Of a DNA stretch of 64,000 bases, positions 35,514-48,036 are shown piece by piece; position 1 is the stretch's first letter; every line of letters begins with the position of its first letter. Below the pieces are notes generated by a model. That model searched no databases. It had not been told where the DNA came from and saw nothing but the letters and a program-made list of their open reading frames with translations. The stretch lies in NCBI RefSeq assembly GCF_902713615.1, contig NC_052165.1:71129480-71193479 (forward strand), given 5' to 3'. A program made the position numbers and the translations under genes. The DNA is from Scyliorhinus canicula (Eukaryota).

Positions 35514-38500
35514 ATGGCTAGTCGACGGGGAAGGGGGGCGGGACGCCCTCTGATCCGGTTGGTCACCTGGAATGCGAGAGGACTGAATGGGCCAGTGAAG
35601 CGGTCTAGGGTACTTGCTCATCTGAGGGGGCTAAAGGCAGATGTGACAATGCTTCAGGAGACCCACCTGGAGGTGGCGGACCAGGTCCATCTGAGGAAGG
35701 GGTGGGTGGGGCAGGTTTTCCAATCTGGGTTTGATGTGAAGAACCGGGGAGTGGCGATTCTGGTGGGGAAAAATGTGTCGTTTGAGGCATCTGAGGTGGT
35801 GGCGGATAAGGGGGGTAGGTATGTTATGGTTAGGGGCAGGCTACAGGGAGAGAAGGTGGTACTTGTTAGTGTGTCTGCCCCAAATTGGGATGATGCGGGC
35901 TTTATGAGGCGTATGCTGGGACGTGTCCCGGATCTAGAGGCGGGAGGTCTGATTATGGGGGGGGACTTCAATACGGTGTTGGATCCTTCACTGGATCGGT
36001 CCAGTTCAAGGACGGGTAGGAGGCCGGCGGCGGCCAAGGTGCTGAGGGGGTTTATGGACCAGATGGAGGGATGGACCCATGGAGGTTTGTGAGGCCGAGC
36101 GCACGGGAGTACTCCTTCTTCTCCCATGTACGTAGGGTTTATTCTCGGTTTATTCACGACTTCTTCGTGGTGAGTAGGGGACTGATTCCGAGAGTGGAGG
36201 AGGGCGAGTATTCGGCCATTGTAATCTCCGACCACGCTCCGCATTGGATGGAATTGGAGATGGGGGAGGTGCGGGACCAGCGCCCGTTATGGCGGTTGGA
36301 TGTGGGGGTGTTGGCGGAGTAGGAGGTGTGCAGGAGGGTCCGGGCAAGTATTGAGGGGTACCTCGAGGTGAATGATACGGGGGAGGTCCAGGTGGGGATG
36401 GTCTGGGAAGCCCTGAAGGCAGTGATTTGTGGGGAGCTGATATCCATCCGGGCACACAGGGAGAGGAGTGAGAGGGATAGACTGGTGGGGAAGGTCCTGT
36501 AGGTAGATAGGAGGTACGCGGAGGCACCAGAGGAGGGATTGTTGGGGGAGAGGCGCAGCCTACAGGCTAAATTTGATTTGTTGACCACTAGAAAGGTGGA
36601 GGCACAGTGGAGGAAGGCCCTGGGGGCAGTGTACGAACATGGTGAAAAGGCGAGTAGGATGCTGGCTCATCAGCTCCGCAAGCAGGATGCGGCTAGGGAA
36701 ATTGCTGGAGTGAGAGATAAGAGTGGGAATGTGGTGCGGAAAGGGGTAGAGGTGAATGAGGTCTTCAAGGACTTTTACGGGGTACTGTACCGGTCGGAGC
36801 CAACGGTGGAGAGGAGGGGAATGGAGAGTTTTCTCGACGGGCTATCTTTCCCGAAGGTGCAGGAGGAGCAGGTGGAGGGGTTGGGGGTGCCGATTGAGCT
36901 GGAGGAGCTGGTTAAGGGGATCGGGCAGATGCAGTGAGCGAAGGCGCCGGGGCCGAATGGGTTCCCGGTGGAGTTTTATAAAAGGTTTGTGGGCCTAGTG
37001 GGCCCCCTGCTGGTGCGGGCACTTAATGAGGCGTGGGAAGGGGAAGGGGAAGGGGAAATCGCGGGCGCTGATTTCTTTAATCTTAAAGAGGGACAAGGAC
37101 CCCCAGCAGTGTGGTTCATACAGGCCCATATCTCTCCTTGATGCGGATGCCAAGGTGCTGGCAAAGATCCTGGCCACCAGGATAGAGGACTGTGTGCCAG
37201 GGGTTGTACATGAGGACCAGACAGGTTTTGTTAAGGGAAGGCAGCTGAACACGAATGTGCGGAGGTTGTTGAATGTCATCATGATGCCGGCGATTGAGGG
37301 GGAGGCTGAGATAGCGGTGGCGCTGGATGCGGAGAAGGCCTTCGATAGAGTGGAGTGGGGGTACTTATGAGAGGTGTTAGGGAGGTTTGGATTTGATGAA
37401 GGGTTTATTAGATGGGTGAGGCTGCTATATGAGGCCCCGATGGTGTGTGTAGCCACGAATGGGAGGAGGTCGGAGTACTTCCGGCTTTACCGAGGGACCA
37501 GGCAGGGTTGCCCCCTGTCCCCTTTGATGTTTGCATTGGCAATTGAACCGTTGGCGATGGCGTTGAGGGATTCAGGGAGGTGGAGGGGTTTGGTGCGGGG
37601 TGGGGAGGAACATAGGGTGTCATTGTATGCCGATGACCTGTTACTGTATGTGGCTGACCCGGTGGGAGGGATGCCGGGGGTGATGGAGCTGCTAGCTGAG
37701 TTTGGGACCTTTTCAGGCTATAAACTAAATCTAGGCAAGAGTGAAGTGTTTGTGGTGCACCCTGGGGACCAGGAGGAGGGAATTAATAATCCGCTTAGGA
37801 GGCCAGGGGAGAGTTTTAGGTACCTGAGGGTGCAGGTGGCCAGGGACTGGGGGACTCTTCACAAGCATAATTTTACCAGGATTGTGGATTAGATGGAGGT
37901 GGAGTTCGAGAGGTGGGACATGCTGCCATTGTCGTTGGCGGGGAGGGTGCAGTCCGTCAAAATGATGGTGCTTCCGAGGTTCTTGTTCCTCTTTCAGTGC
38001 CTGCCCATCTTCATCCCCAGGGCCTTCTTTAGGAGGGTAACCAGCAGTATTTTGAGCTTTATGTGGGCACATGGGACTCCGAGAGTGAAGAGGGTTTTCC
38101 TGGAGCGAGGGAGGGATAGAGGCAGGCTGGCGCTGCCCAACCTTTTGGGGTACTATTGGGCGGCCAATGTGTCAATGGTGCGTAAATGGGTGATGGGGGG
38201 GGGGCGGCATGGAAAAGAATGGAGATGGCGTCTTGTAGAGGTACGAGCCTGGGTACCCTGGTAACGGCGCCGTTGCCGCTCTCTCCTAAGAGGTATACCA
38301 CGAGCCCGGTGGTGGTGGCATGTCTGAGGACAGTGGAGACGGCATAGGGGGGGGGGAACAGGGGGCTCGATGGAGGCTCCATTAGGTGGAAATCATCGGT
38401 TCATCCCGGGTAACACTGATGGGGGATTTAGGGGGTGGCATAGGGTGGGCATCAGTAAATTGAGGGACCTGTTTATTGGCGAGAGGTTTGCGGGCCCGGG

Positions 38501-39288
38501 GGAACTGGAAGATAAATTTGGGCTCCCCCAAGGGAACATGTTCAGATACTTTCAGGTAAAGGTGTTTGCTCGGCGACAGGTGGAAGAATTTCCTTTGCTG
38601 CCCTCGAGGGGGGTTGCTGGACAGAGTGCTTTTGGGGGTGTGGGTCGGAGAGGGGAAGGTGTCTGACATCTATAAGGTAATGCAGGAGGTGGAGGAGTCG
38701 TCAGTGGAGGAGCTGAAGGCTAAATGGGAGGGGGAACTAGGGGAGCAGATAGAGGATGGGACCTGGGCGGATGACTTGGAGAGAGTCAACTCTTCCTCTT
38801 CATGTGCGAGGCTTAGTCTCATCCAATTTAAGGTGCTGCACCGGGCCCATATGTCTGTGACTCGGATGAGTAGGTTCTTTGGGGGTGAGGACAGGTGCAC
38901 CAGGTGTTCGGGGAGTCCAGCGAATCATGCCCATATGTTCTGGGCATGCCCGGCACTGGAAGAATTCTGGAAGGGGGTGGCGGAGACGGTGTCGAGGGTG
39001 GTTGGATCCAGGGTCAAACCAGGTTGGGGACTCGCGATTTTTGGAGTTGCGGTGGAGCCGGGAGTGCAGGAGGCGAAAGAGGCCGGTGTTCTGGCCTTTG
39101 CGTCCCTAGTAGCCTGGCGGAGGATCTTGATGCAGTGGAAAGATGCGAGGCCCCCAAGTGTGGAGACCTGGATCAGTGACATGGCGGGATTTATAAAATT
39201 GGAGAGGGTCAACTTTGCCCTGAGAGGATCAGTACAAGGGTTCTATAAACGGTGGCAGCCTGTCCTGGACTTTCTGGCTCAAAGATAG
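35514..39288 (+). pseudogene. L1 ORF2 (APE endonuclease, RT, C-terminal CCHC) with stops and frameshifts
   Basis: TWNARGL, LQETH, GGDFN, SDH, YRPISLL, DAEKAFD, RQGCPLSP, YADD, CTRC..HMFWAC. Confidence 0.93.
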
Positions 39289-39318
39289 GTATCTTGGTCA
39301 ACAGCAGCAGCAACCGGT

Positions 39319-39353
<35 letters not shown>

Positions 39354-40015
39354 GGAATGGTGGGTGTTCTTTATTGTTTCTATTTTCTTTTTTCTATGGT
39401 TATTTAACTTAATATTGTGTTAATTTCAGTTGTTGTTAATATGTTTTGTTGTTCATTAAGGATAGGTGAATGTTTCTGACTGTTATCATTATTGTTATTG
39501 TTGGTATTTTATTGCGGTTCGTTGTTGTTATATAAATACAAAATTTTTCAATAAAAATTATTTTTTAAAAAACGTACCAATCGAGGAAAGGAACGATTAA
39601 AATGGTGACATCCATTGTTGGCACCTAGTTAGAAATATTGTTCAATATATATCTGCAGCAGAGCTCATTAATATTAAGAGCAAGAGCAATATAATGCAGA
39701 GTCAGCTTGTGTACGCCCCATAGGTGATCCGACTGTGATTATTAAACAAACCCGAAATTACATGTTTTATTTTTTCAGCATCAATAAATAAGACAGGATT
39801 TAGCTCAGCTGCAATTTTATCCATTGAACAGGTTCCTGGTGCCTTATGGGGAGGAGGGAAATATTGAGGGTGGGGGAAACACTCTCATGAGAGACTGAAC
39901 ACTAATCTTTCTTTACATTGTAAAGTGTGGTCTGAATTGAGACAAGGTGCTGATGAAATACTTTCTCCTTTTAGAAAGTAGGTTGATCGGTGCCGATGTA
40001 ACATTATTTTTGAAG

Positions 40016-40228
40016 TGGAGATGCTGGCGTTGGACTGGGGTGAGCACAGTGAGAAGTCTTACATCACCAGGTTAAAGTCCAACAGGTTTGTTTCAAACAC
40101 TAGCTTTCGGAGCGCAGTTCCTTCCTCAGGTGAAGAAGGTGAAGACCTGAGGAAGGAGCAGTGCTCCGAAAGCTAGTGTTTGAAACAAACATGTTGGCCT
40201 TTAACCTGGTGCTGTAAGACTTCTTACT
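40016..40228. mobile_element. Penelope-like pLTR inverted pair with two hammerhead cores
   Basis: Palindromic ~210 bp; TSD attatttttgaag (40003-40015, 40229-40241); CTGAGGA..GAAAGCTA on both strands. Confidence 0.8.
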
Positions 40229-40364
40229 ATTATTTTTGAAGAATTACAGTCCTGCAACATTTTTGATTTTCCATCACTAACTTGTGCCACTTTTGTGAAC
40301 AATGCCACTTACTGGTGTATAATCTCAACTCGTGAATCCCAAAGTCCTGAATTTGTTGTCGCCT

Positions 40365-40937
40365 CTCAACTCTGAGGTTCTTAGTGGTAGCATGGATGTG
40401 TGCTCTGAAGTTCATTTCAGGATCATATGTGACACACAAGGTTGCAAACACCCTGCTTTAGTCTCAATGATTTGCCAGAGAAAGGTATGGGAGTCATGAA
40501 CTAAGGAATGGAGTTTGGAGCAGGGTCTGAAAGCAATGGCTTCTGGCTTCCCAATATTTAATTGGATCAAATGTCTGCTCATCCTCGTTGTCAGATAAAC
40601 AGTCTGAGAATTTAGCAACAGTGGGGGAGTTGAGGAGGTAGAGTTGGGTGTTTTCAGCGTAAATGTGAAAACTAATGCTGTGTTGTCGCAAGATGTTTAC
40701 AAGCGGCAGCATGTAACTGAAAAATATCAAGGGCCAAGGATAAATCCTTGGGAAGACAGCAGATGCAATGGCGCTGGAGACAGCGGAGAAACCATTACAA
40801 GTGATACACTGGCTATGATTAGATAGATAATCATGGAACCAGGCCAGGTCTACCCAGCTGGACTACAGTGGAGAGACATTGGAAGAGGATGGTAGGGTCA
40901 AATGTTGCTCACGGGTTGAGAAGAGTGAGGAAGGATT
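40365..40937 (-). mobile_element. L2-clade LINE RT fragment
   Basis: YMLPLVNILRQHSISFHIYAENTQLY (YADDTQLY-like), LNIGKPEAIAF. Confidence 0.8.
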
Positions 40938-43900
40938 TGTAGTATCCTAACAGACGGGTGACCACCAAGTTGATAAACAAATAACTGTTTGTGAAATATA
41001 TAATATATGCAGAGAGTGAGATAAAAGGCTACCATGTTCCAAGACTTCAAATTCCCAACTAACCAGGAAACCGGCACTCAGACCCCCAGGACTTGCGCTC
41101 TCTGGTTTAATGGCTGATCGGGTCATACGATCCTGTGGGAACTCGCCCCTTAAAGAGGCATGCTACCACATCTCTCCCCTTTAAGTTCCTGATTACCACA
41201 TTTCAATAACACTGGAACTATTTATAATAATATGCAACAAATGAATCTCAACACAGTCTCTTATAAGGTAAGTCGGTCAAGAGACTTCTTGATCCTTTGG
41301 GAGCATTGCAGTTCACTAACGGGTGCTTCACCAGTGAAGAGGTAACTTTGGTTTGAACATTACAAGATTGACTCTCGATTTGTGAAGGTGCATCCGTGCA
41401 GATAGTTTCCACAGCTCCCCCTGCAATGTTTCTGGGTTCTTCCTCAGAGTAGCTTGCTGCAGCATCACTTTCTTCCGTGGCTGTATCACTGACAAGCCTA
41501 CTAGGGATGGGCTGTCCCAATGGTTCTGTGTGTTCTGTCTCTTCTGCTCAAATGGTTCAGGTGTTTTTTTGACCTTTTTTCCTTGAACAGCTATCTCATA
41601 AGACAGTGGACCTGTTTTAACCAAGATCATTCCTGAGATCCAATTCGGGCCAGCACCAAAATTCTTCACATGTATCAAATTGACAATCTGAAATGTCCTC
41701 TTACTTTTCTTTGAGTTGTGATGTTTCTTCTGTGCATTCTGTTTAGCCTCCACAGTCTCTGCCAAATTAGGAAATATAAGATCCAACCATGTTCGGTTGC
41801 GTCTGCCCATTAGCAACTCAGCGGGTGTTACACCTTGGTGACATGAGGTGTGGTTTGAAAGGTGAGCAGAAAATGGGCTGATGACTGTAATGCATTTTGG
41901 AAGGTCTAATACAGGTAGGGAATATGTAGTGAATGATAGAACCCTCAAGAGTATTGACAGTCAGAGAGATCTTGGTGTACAGGTCCAAAGGTCACTGAAA
42001 GGGGCAACACAGGTGGAGAAGGTAGTCAAGAAGGCATACGGCATGCTCGCCTTCATTGGCCGGGGCATTGAGTATAAAAATTGGCAAGTCATGTTGCAGC
42101 TGTATAGAACCTTAGTTAGGCCACACTTGGAGTATAGTGTTCAATTCTGGTCGCCACACTACCAGAAGGATGTGGAGGTTTTACAGAGAGTGCAGAAGGG
42201 ATTTACCAGGATGTTGCCTGGCATGGCGGGCATTAGCTATGAGAAGAGGTTGAATAAACTTGGTTTGTTCTCACTGGAACGAAGGAGGTTGAGGGGCGAC
42301 CTGATAGAGGTCTACAAAATTATGAGGGTCATAGGCAGAGTGGATAGTCAGAGACTTTATCCCAGGGTAGAGGGGTCAATTACTAGGGGGCATAGGTTTA
42401 AGGTGCGAGCGGCAAGGTTTAGAGGAGATGTACGAGGCAAGATTTTTACACAGAGTGTAGTGTGTGCCTGGAACTCGCTGCCGGAGGAGGTGGTGGAAGC
42501 AGGGACGATAGTGACGTTTAAGGGGCATCTTGACAAATACATAAATAGGATGGGAATAGAGGGTACGGACCCCGGAATTGTAGAAGATTTTAGTTTAGAC
42601 GGGCAGCATTACCGGCGCAGGCTTGGAGGGCCAAAGGGCCTGTTCCTGTGCTGTACTTTTCTTTGTTCTTTGAGACAGAAAATCTAGTGCAACTATCTTC
42701 ATGGCAGCATTGAGTGTTAGGACAGCTCTCTCTGCCATTTGAAGCAGCTTGGTAGAGAGCGGTTCAAATATTTTCAACGCCATTAGTTCTCATAAAATAT
42801 TAGACTTCTTCACTAATTAAAGCAGTGCCGTTATCTGAGACCTGAACCACAGACAACCCATGGGTAGCGAATCTCTGTCATAATTTTTCTACCATTGTTG
42901 ATGAGGTTGTAGACTTCATTTTGTGTATTTCCAACTACTTGGATTGAGCATCTACGATGAGCAAGAACATGGGGCCCATAAATGAGCCCTCAAAATCGAT
43001 GTGTAGTCATATCCAAAGTCGGCCTGCCACTCCCGAGGATGCATTAAGGCCGCAGAGAGCAAGTTTTGCTGAATTTGACATTGGTCACATTGTTTGACCA
43101 GATTCTCTATGTCGGTATCCCTCCGGGCCTCCGCACATAACTGAGTGCAAGCATCTTCATCTTAATCAACCAAGGATGGGCACGGTGTAGCTCCTGTGTC
43201 ACTTTCTAGCAGGGTGAGATCAATCATCCTTGCTCCCCATAATAATGCCGTCTTCACAACTTATCTCTTCTTTTCTGATCTGAAATTGTTGCAACTGCTC
43301 AGACCTACTATCCTATCGCCAGCTGTGAAGGACCGTGCACTTTACTTGAGATAATAAGGAGTCATTTTGGGTCCAAAGCTTGACTCGATGTGCTTCCACT
43401 GGCAATGAATCTCAAAAGTGTAAAACAAGAACGATTTCCTTTGGTTCTGGCAGAGGTGGTATACTGTCAGGTATAAGGCAGCTCAAAGGACCCACATTCG
43501 AAATGTAGATGGCCCGGCCTGTGTTGAAACATATGCTCGCAGGCTGCTACCAATCAGTGTTGGACCCTCGCTGAAGCTATGTGGGGAATGGCCTTATCCT
43601 CCCTAAGTGACCTCCCTAAGGGTGGTTGGTAATGACTATGAAATGTTATCCAAAGACGGATTGATGAAACATTTTCACTCCAAATATTATGGCACGACCC
43701 TCCTTTCCGATTTGAAATTAAGCTTGTTCAGTAGGGGTCAAAATCCTCAAGTCATCGACGATTGGCCTTGCTGCACCATCTTCCATCTTTTGGGCCAGAA
43801 TGGCTCCAATTCTGTAAAGGGACACGTCACAGGTAAGAATGATCTCTTTGAGGGATCAAAATCAACTAAGAGACTGGATAACTGTAAAGTTAGTTTGACC

Positions 43901-45260
43901 TGATGCTCTTTCCAATACCACCTCTGGTGCTTATTGAGTGGTGTGTGTAAGGGGGCCAACAAGATATGAAAGATTGGGAATAAATCTGTCGTAATAGTTT
44001 ACCATTCCTAAAAAGGATTTCAATTTTGTTGTCTTTTTGGGGGCCGGTGCTTCCTTAGTCACTTTGACCTTCTCCTCCATAGGGTGCAGCCCTTTGACGT
44101 CTATCCTGAATGATAAGTACGTCACTTCATGAGTTTGGAAGTATATTTTTCTCTTTTCCGCTTTATCCCGCCCTTCCTAAATCTTGCAAAAAACATCTTT
44201 GAGATTTGCTAGGTGCTCCTCTTTGGACGCTTGTGTTATTAGTACATTGTCTAGATAGACAATCACCTTGGGGGTGGGTCCTGCAGCAAACCTTCCACCA
44301 TGCGCTAGAAAATCACACAAGCAGATGAGTCTCTGAAGTGTAGCTGGATACACTGGTATAAGCCTTTGTTGGTGTTTATAGTAACAAATTGCCTGGATGT
44401 TTCATTCAACTAATTGTTGTTACACGTAACTCATATCAAGTGTAGTATAAATTAAGCCTCTTGCTTATTTAGCAAATCAATATTTAATTTTGGTATTGGG
44501 TATCAGTCCAATTTGGCTGCATGATTCATAGTTTGTTTGTAGTCCCCGCTTATTCTAATGGTTCCATCTGTCTTCACTACTGGCACATGTAGAGGCATCC
44601 CCTCCAAAACCTGTACAGGTTTGGTGATACCTAATTCTTCTACTCATTTGAGTTCAGGCTCAACCTTCTCTTTTGAGGCATAGAGGACAGGACGGGCTCT
44701 TAAAAACGTGGATGTGGCCTCAGGATCCATATAGGTCCTGTACCTTGCCTAACATCTTGGAAAACCTTTTATTTATTTAAGATGTCATGACCTGTGGAAG
44801 TCACCTGCTTACATGCTCTGCTAACCACCCCCCCCTTCCTTTTGGCACTTTCCTTCGCCTAGGTGACCTCTAATGCCTTTTTAAAGGGCATCTCTGCCCC
44901 TGCCAACAATTTATTTTGTATAACCAAGTTGTTAATGCCAAGGAACCAACCTTTCTCTCAACATGTTGTTGAGTGCAGACCTGAACTCACATTGTTCAGT
45001 CATTTGTTTTAGGCATGCCACAAATGCTGTGGTCGTCTCCCCTGGACCTTTGTTGTCCAATTGAATTTGTATCGCTTCATTATTATTGAGGGCTTCAAGT
45101 GATCGTGTCCCTTGGCTACTTCTACAAGCTCTTCGAACGTTTTGGAGCCGGGGGTATCTGGGGAAGTCAGACTCCTGAGCAGGTTATAAGTGGAAACCCT
45201 GCAAGCCGTTAATAGGATTACCCGTTTACTTTTCTTACCCCCAATTTCATTGCGCCTTTA
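40938..45260 (-). mobile_element. Decayed Gypsy/Ty3 element (gag-RT-RH-IN remnants, 3' LTR 40938-41170), split by CR1
   Basis: TPAELLMGRR, GPLSY, LKSFLGMVNYY..FIPNL, VYLDN, gDyK, LSCYDPSK-like; PPT next to a TG..CA LTR. Confidence 0.85.
41880..42670 (+). mobile_element. CR1 LINE 3' fragment with open ORF2 C-terminus
   Basis: ORF 41881..42687: VMHFGRSN, RDLGV, RPHLEYSVQFWSP, ERRRLRGDLIEVYKI. Confidence 0.93.
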
Positions 45261-45527
45261 TGCAGAGAGATTTTAATATGGAAAAATAGTGGTTACTAAC
45301 ATCCCATTATGTCCCCCTTACTGTCTGAGAGGAACCAAAGATTCTTTTCCTGGCCTTTTTGAGCTTCTGTAATGAGGTTTGCTTGTCGGCAGCAGAGTGA
45401 CCTTAATGTAGAGTCTGACACTTATAAAAGTTTCTGAATGCGCAGTCATCACAGACGAGTTATAATTCATTTTCAGGGCCATTCTCTGCTTTGTGCAAAC
45501 TCCATTTCCTGCCTTTTGCTCCACAAT

Positions 45528-45874
45528 GGGCAGCACGGTAGCATGGTCGTTAGCATAAATGCTTCACAGCTCCAGGGTCCCAGGTTCGGTTCCCGGCTGG
45601 GTCACTGTCTGTGTGGAGTCTGCACGTCCTCCCCGTGTGTGCGTGGGTTTCCTCCGGGTGCTCCGGTTTCCTCCCACAGTCCAAAGATGTGCGGGTTAGG
45701 TGGATTGGCCATGCTAAATTGCCCGTAGTGTCCTAATAGTAAGGTTAAGGGGGGGGGAGTTGTTGGGTTACGGGTATAGGGTGGATACGTGGATTTGAGT
45801 AGGGTGATCATTGCTCGGCACAACATCGAGGGCCGAAGGGCCTGTTCTGTGCTGTACTGTTCTATGTTCTATGT
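45528..45874 (+). mobile_element. Full-length HE1/V-SINE with CR1-like tail
   Basis: tRNA head, V-domain, gggccgaagggcctgttctgtgctgtac(tgttcta)n tail. Confidence 0.92.
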
Positions 45875-46856
45875 TAGGGGAAGTCTTGTTTATTCTTGGA
45901 ATTAAACAGACAAATTATTCCATCAACTTCAAGCTTCCTCGCATCACCAGCCCGCGAATCGAGGAATAAGCCAGCAACAGTACATTAATTCTTTGTCAGT
46001 TCGAATTGACTGTGAATCTGCACAATAAGACAGTTGAAGCTGCAGACTTAAAGGCTGCTTGACGGCGGTGTTGTGACAATTCCGCTCTGCTTCATAATAA
46101 CAGGAAAGCACTGCGGCCTGCTCCATTTCAGTCACTCGATATTTGGTGACAGCGTTGAAAATTTAAGGACAGGTATTACAAACTGCCAAAAGGCAGCGAG
46201 TGTACAAGCCTTTGTCCATCTCTTTGAATATTCTGCTGAAAGCACCCCCAGGCTCTCTCAGACATGCTTGCTGGCAAGCTACCAACCAAAAATGCCATGT
46301 TGCTATTTGTTTTCCTTTCTGTAAGAAAGAGCTTGACAAAAGCAAGATCTGAATTGCCACATCTGACGTGCATGCAAAATTGCACTATCCATACAGCAAA
46401 CTGGCTTTCCAATGGCACCACGATTAATGGATTAATTATTTTTTCTTGTCAATTAACATTTTTAACTGGTTACTCCAAGCATGGTATAATTAATAAACAC
46501 GCAGAGCCCTATTTCTAGCTCTACTCTTTCCATTAACCTGCCTTTCAAAAGATCAATGTTGAAGGAGTCACGGCGCATTATTCATTGATGATCCTCCGGG
46601 GGGGAGGGGGGGGCAGTTGTACGCAACAGCAGTGAAGCTGTTCCTTCCTCTGATTTGTCTTTGGATGGTACAAGTCAAAAAGAAACACCAGCTGAATTAT
46701 TTCCTATACACAAATCAATTGATCGAGAATACTTTGCATTATTTCTTAATGCAGTATTCAGTCAACAGACCGATCGTCAGCATTCTCACTTTACTGGGGA
46801 AAACATTTGCATGTGTTGGACGAGGGAATGAGGAGACTGGCCTATGTTAACCTATA

Positions 46857-47290
46857 TAAAAGCAAATTACTGCGGATGCTGGAATCTGAAACAAAAACAG
46901 AAAATACTGGACAATCTCAGCAGGTCTGACAGCATCTGCGGAGAGAAAAGGGAGCTAACGTTTTGAGTCTGGAAAGCTTTGACAAAGCTTTGACAAAGAA
47001 AGGGAGTCACGGTGGCGCTGTGGTTAGCACTGCTGCCTCACGGCACCAAGGTCCCAGGTTCGATCCCGTCCCTGGGTCACTGTCCATGTGGAGTTTGCAC
47101 ATTCTCCCCGTGTCTGTATGGGTCTCACCCCCCACAATCCAAAAATGATGTGCAGGCTGGGTGGATTGGCCGCACTAAATTGCCTGTTAATTGGTAAAAA
47201 AAATTGGATACTCTAAATTTATTTTAAAAAAGCTTTGACAAAGAATCATGCAGACTCAAAACGTTCGCTCCCTTTTCTCTCCACAGATGC
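46857..47290. mobile_element. Second Penelope-like family inverted pLTR remnant, split by a SINE
   Basis: 46932-46971 inverted at 47251-47290; degenerate hammerhead-like ttgacaa..aaaacgtt. Confidence 0.65.
47002..47228 (+). mobile_element. HE1/V-SINE short form with 17-bp TSD
   Basis: TSD aaagctttgacaaagaa (46984-47000, 47229-47245). Confidence 0.9.
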
Positions 47291-47448
47291 AGGGGACTGC
47301 ATGTTGTGTCTGTTGGCAATAAGGAATTATTTTTGGGTTCTGGGGATAAGGATCAGACTTTAATCTGTCTCTATACACTTTGAAAATTCAGAATAATTAA
47401 AGCCCATCATTCTGGTAGATTTAATTTGTTCCAGATTCTCTAAACGTA

Positions 47449-47790
47449 GGGTTAGCACTGCTGCCCCACAGCGGCAGGGACCTGGGTTCGATTCCCACAT
47501 TGGGTGACTGTGTGGAGTTTGCACCTTCTCCCCGTGTTTGCGTGGGTTTCCTCTGGGTCCTCCAGTTTCCTCCCATGGTCTAAAGATGTGCAGGTTAGAT
47601 GGGCTGGCTATGATAAAAATGCTCCTTAGTCTCTAAAGCTTAGGTGAGGTTACGGGGTTGCTGGGGAGGGCGGGGGGGTGGGGGTGGGGCGGGGTGGGGG
47701 GGAAGGGGGGCTGGGTAGGGTGCTGCTTCAGAGAATCAGAGCAGACTAGATGGGCCAAATGGCCTCCTTCTGCACTGTCGGGATTCTGTA
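47449..47790 (+). mobile_element. HE1/V-SINE
   Basis: ggttagcactgctgcc..ggttcgattcc, V-domain, CR1-like tail. Confidence 0.85.
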
Positions 47791-47814
47791 ATTATATTAC
47801 TTCAATTCCAGAAT

Positions 47815-48036
47815 GTATTTTTAAATTTAAAGTGCCCAATTCTTCTTTTCCAATTAAGAGGCAATTTAGCGTGGCCAATCCACCTACCCTGCACTTCTTT
47901 GGGTTGTGGGGGTGAGATCCACGCACACCCGGGGAGAATGTGCAAACTCCACATGGACATTGACCCTAGGCCGGGATCGAACCCAGGTCCTCGGTGCCCT
48001 GAGGCAGCAGTGCTAACCACTGCGCCACCGTGACGC
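47815..48036 (-). mobile_element. HE1/V-SINE short form with TSD
   Basis: TSD ttcaattccagaat on both sides. Confidence 0.9.

Larger units (their letters stand above)
33858..39570 (+). mobile_element. Full-length, disrupted L1-clade LINE with 16-bp TSD
   Basis: 5' UTR, ORF1, spacer, ORF2, poly-G tract, AATAAA; TSD aacttaccaatcgagg (33842-33857) / aacgtaccaatcgagg (39571-39586). Confidence 0.95.

Noticed and set aside
41881-42687. 268-aa ORF as a host gene
   Set aside because: CR1 ORF2 C-terminus from a 5'-truncated insertion
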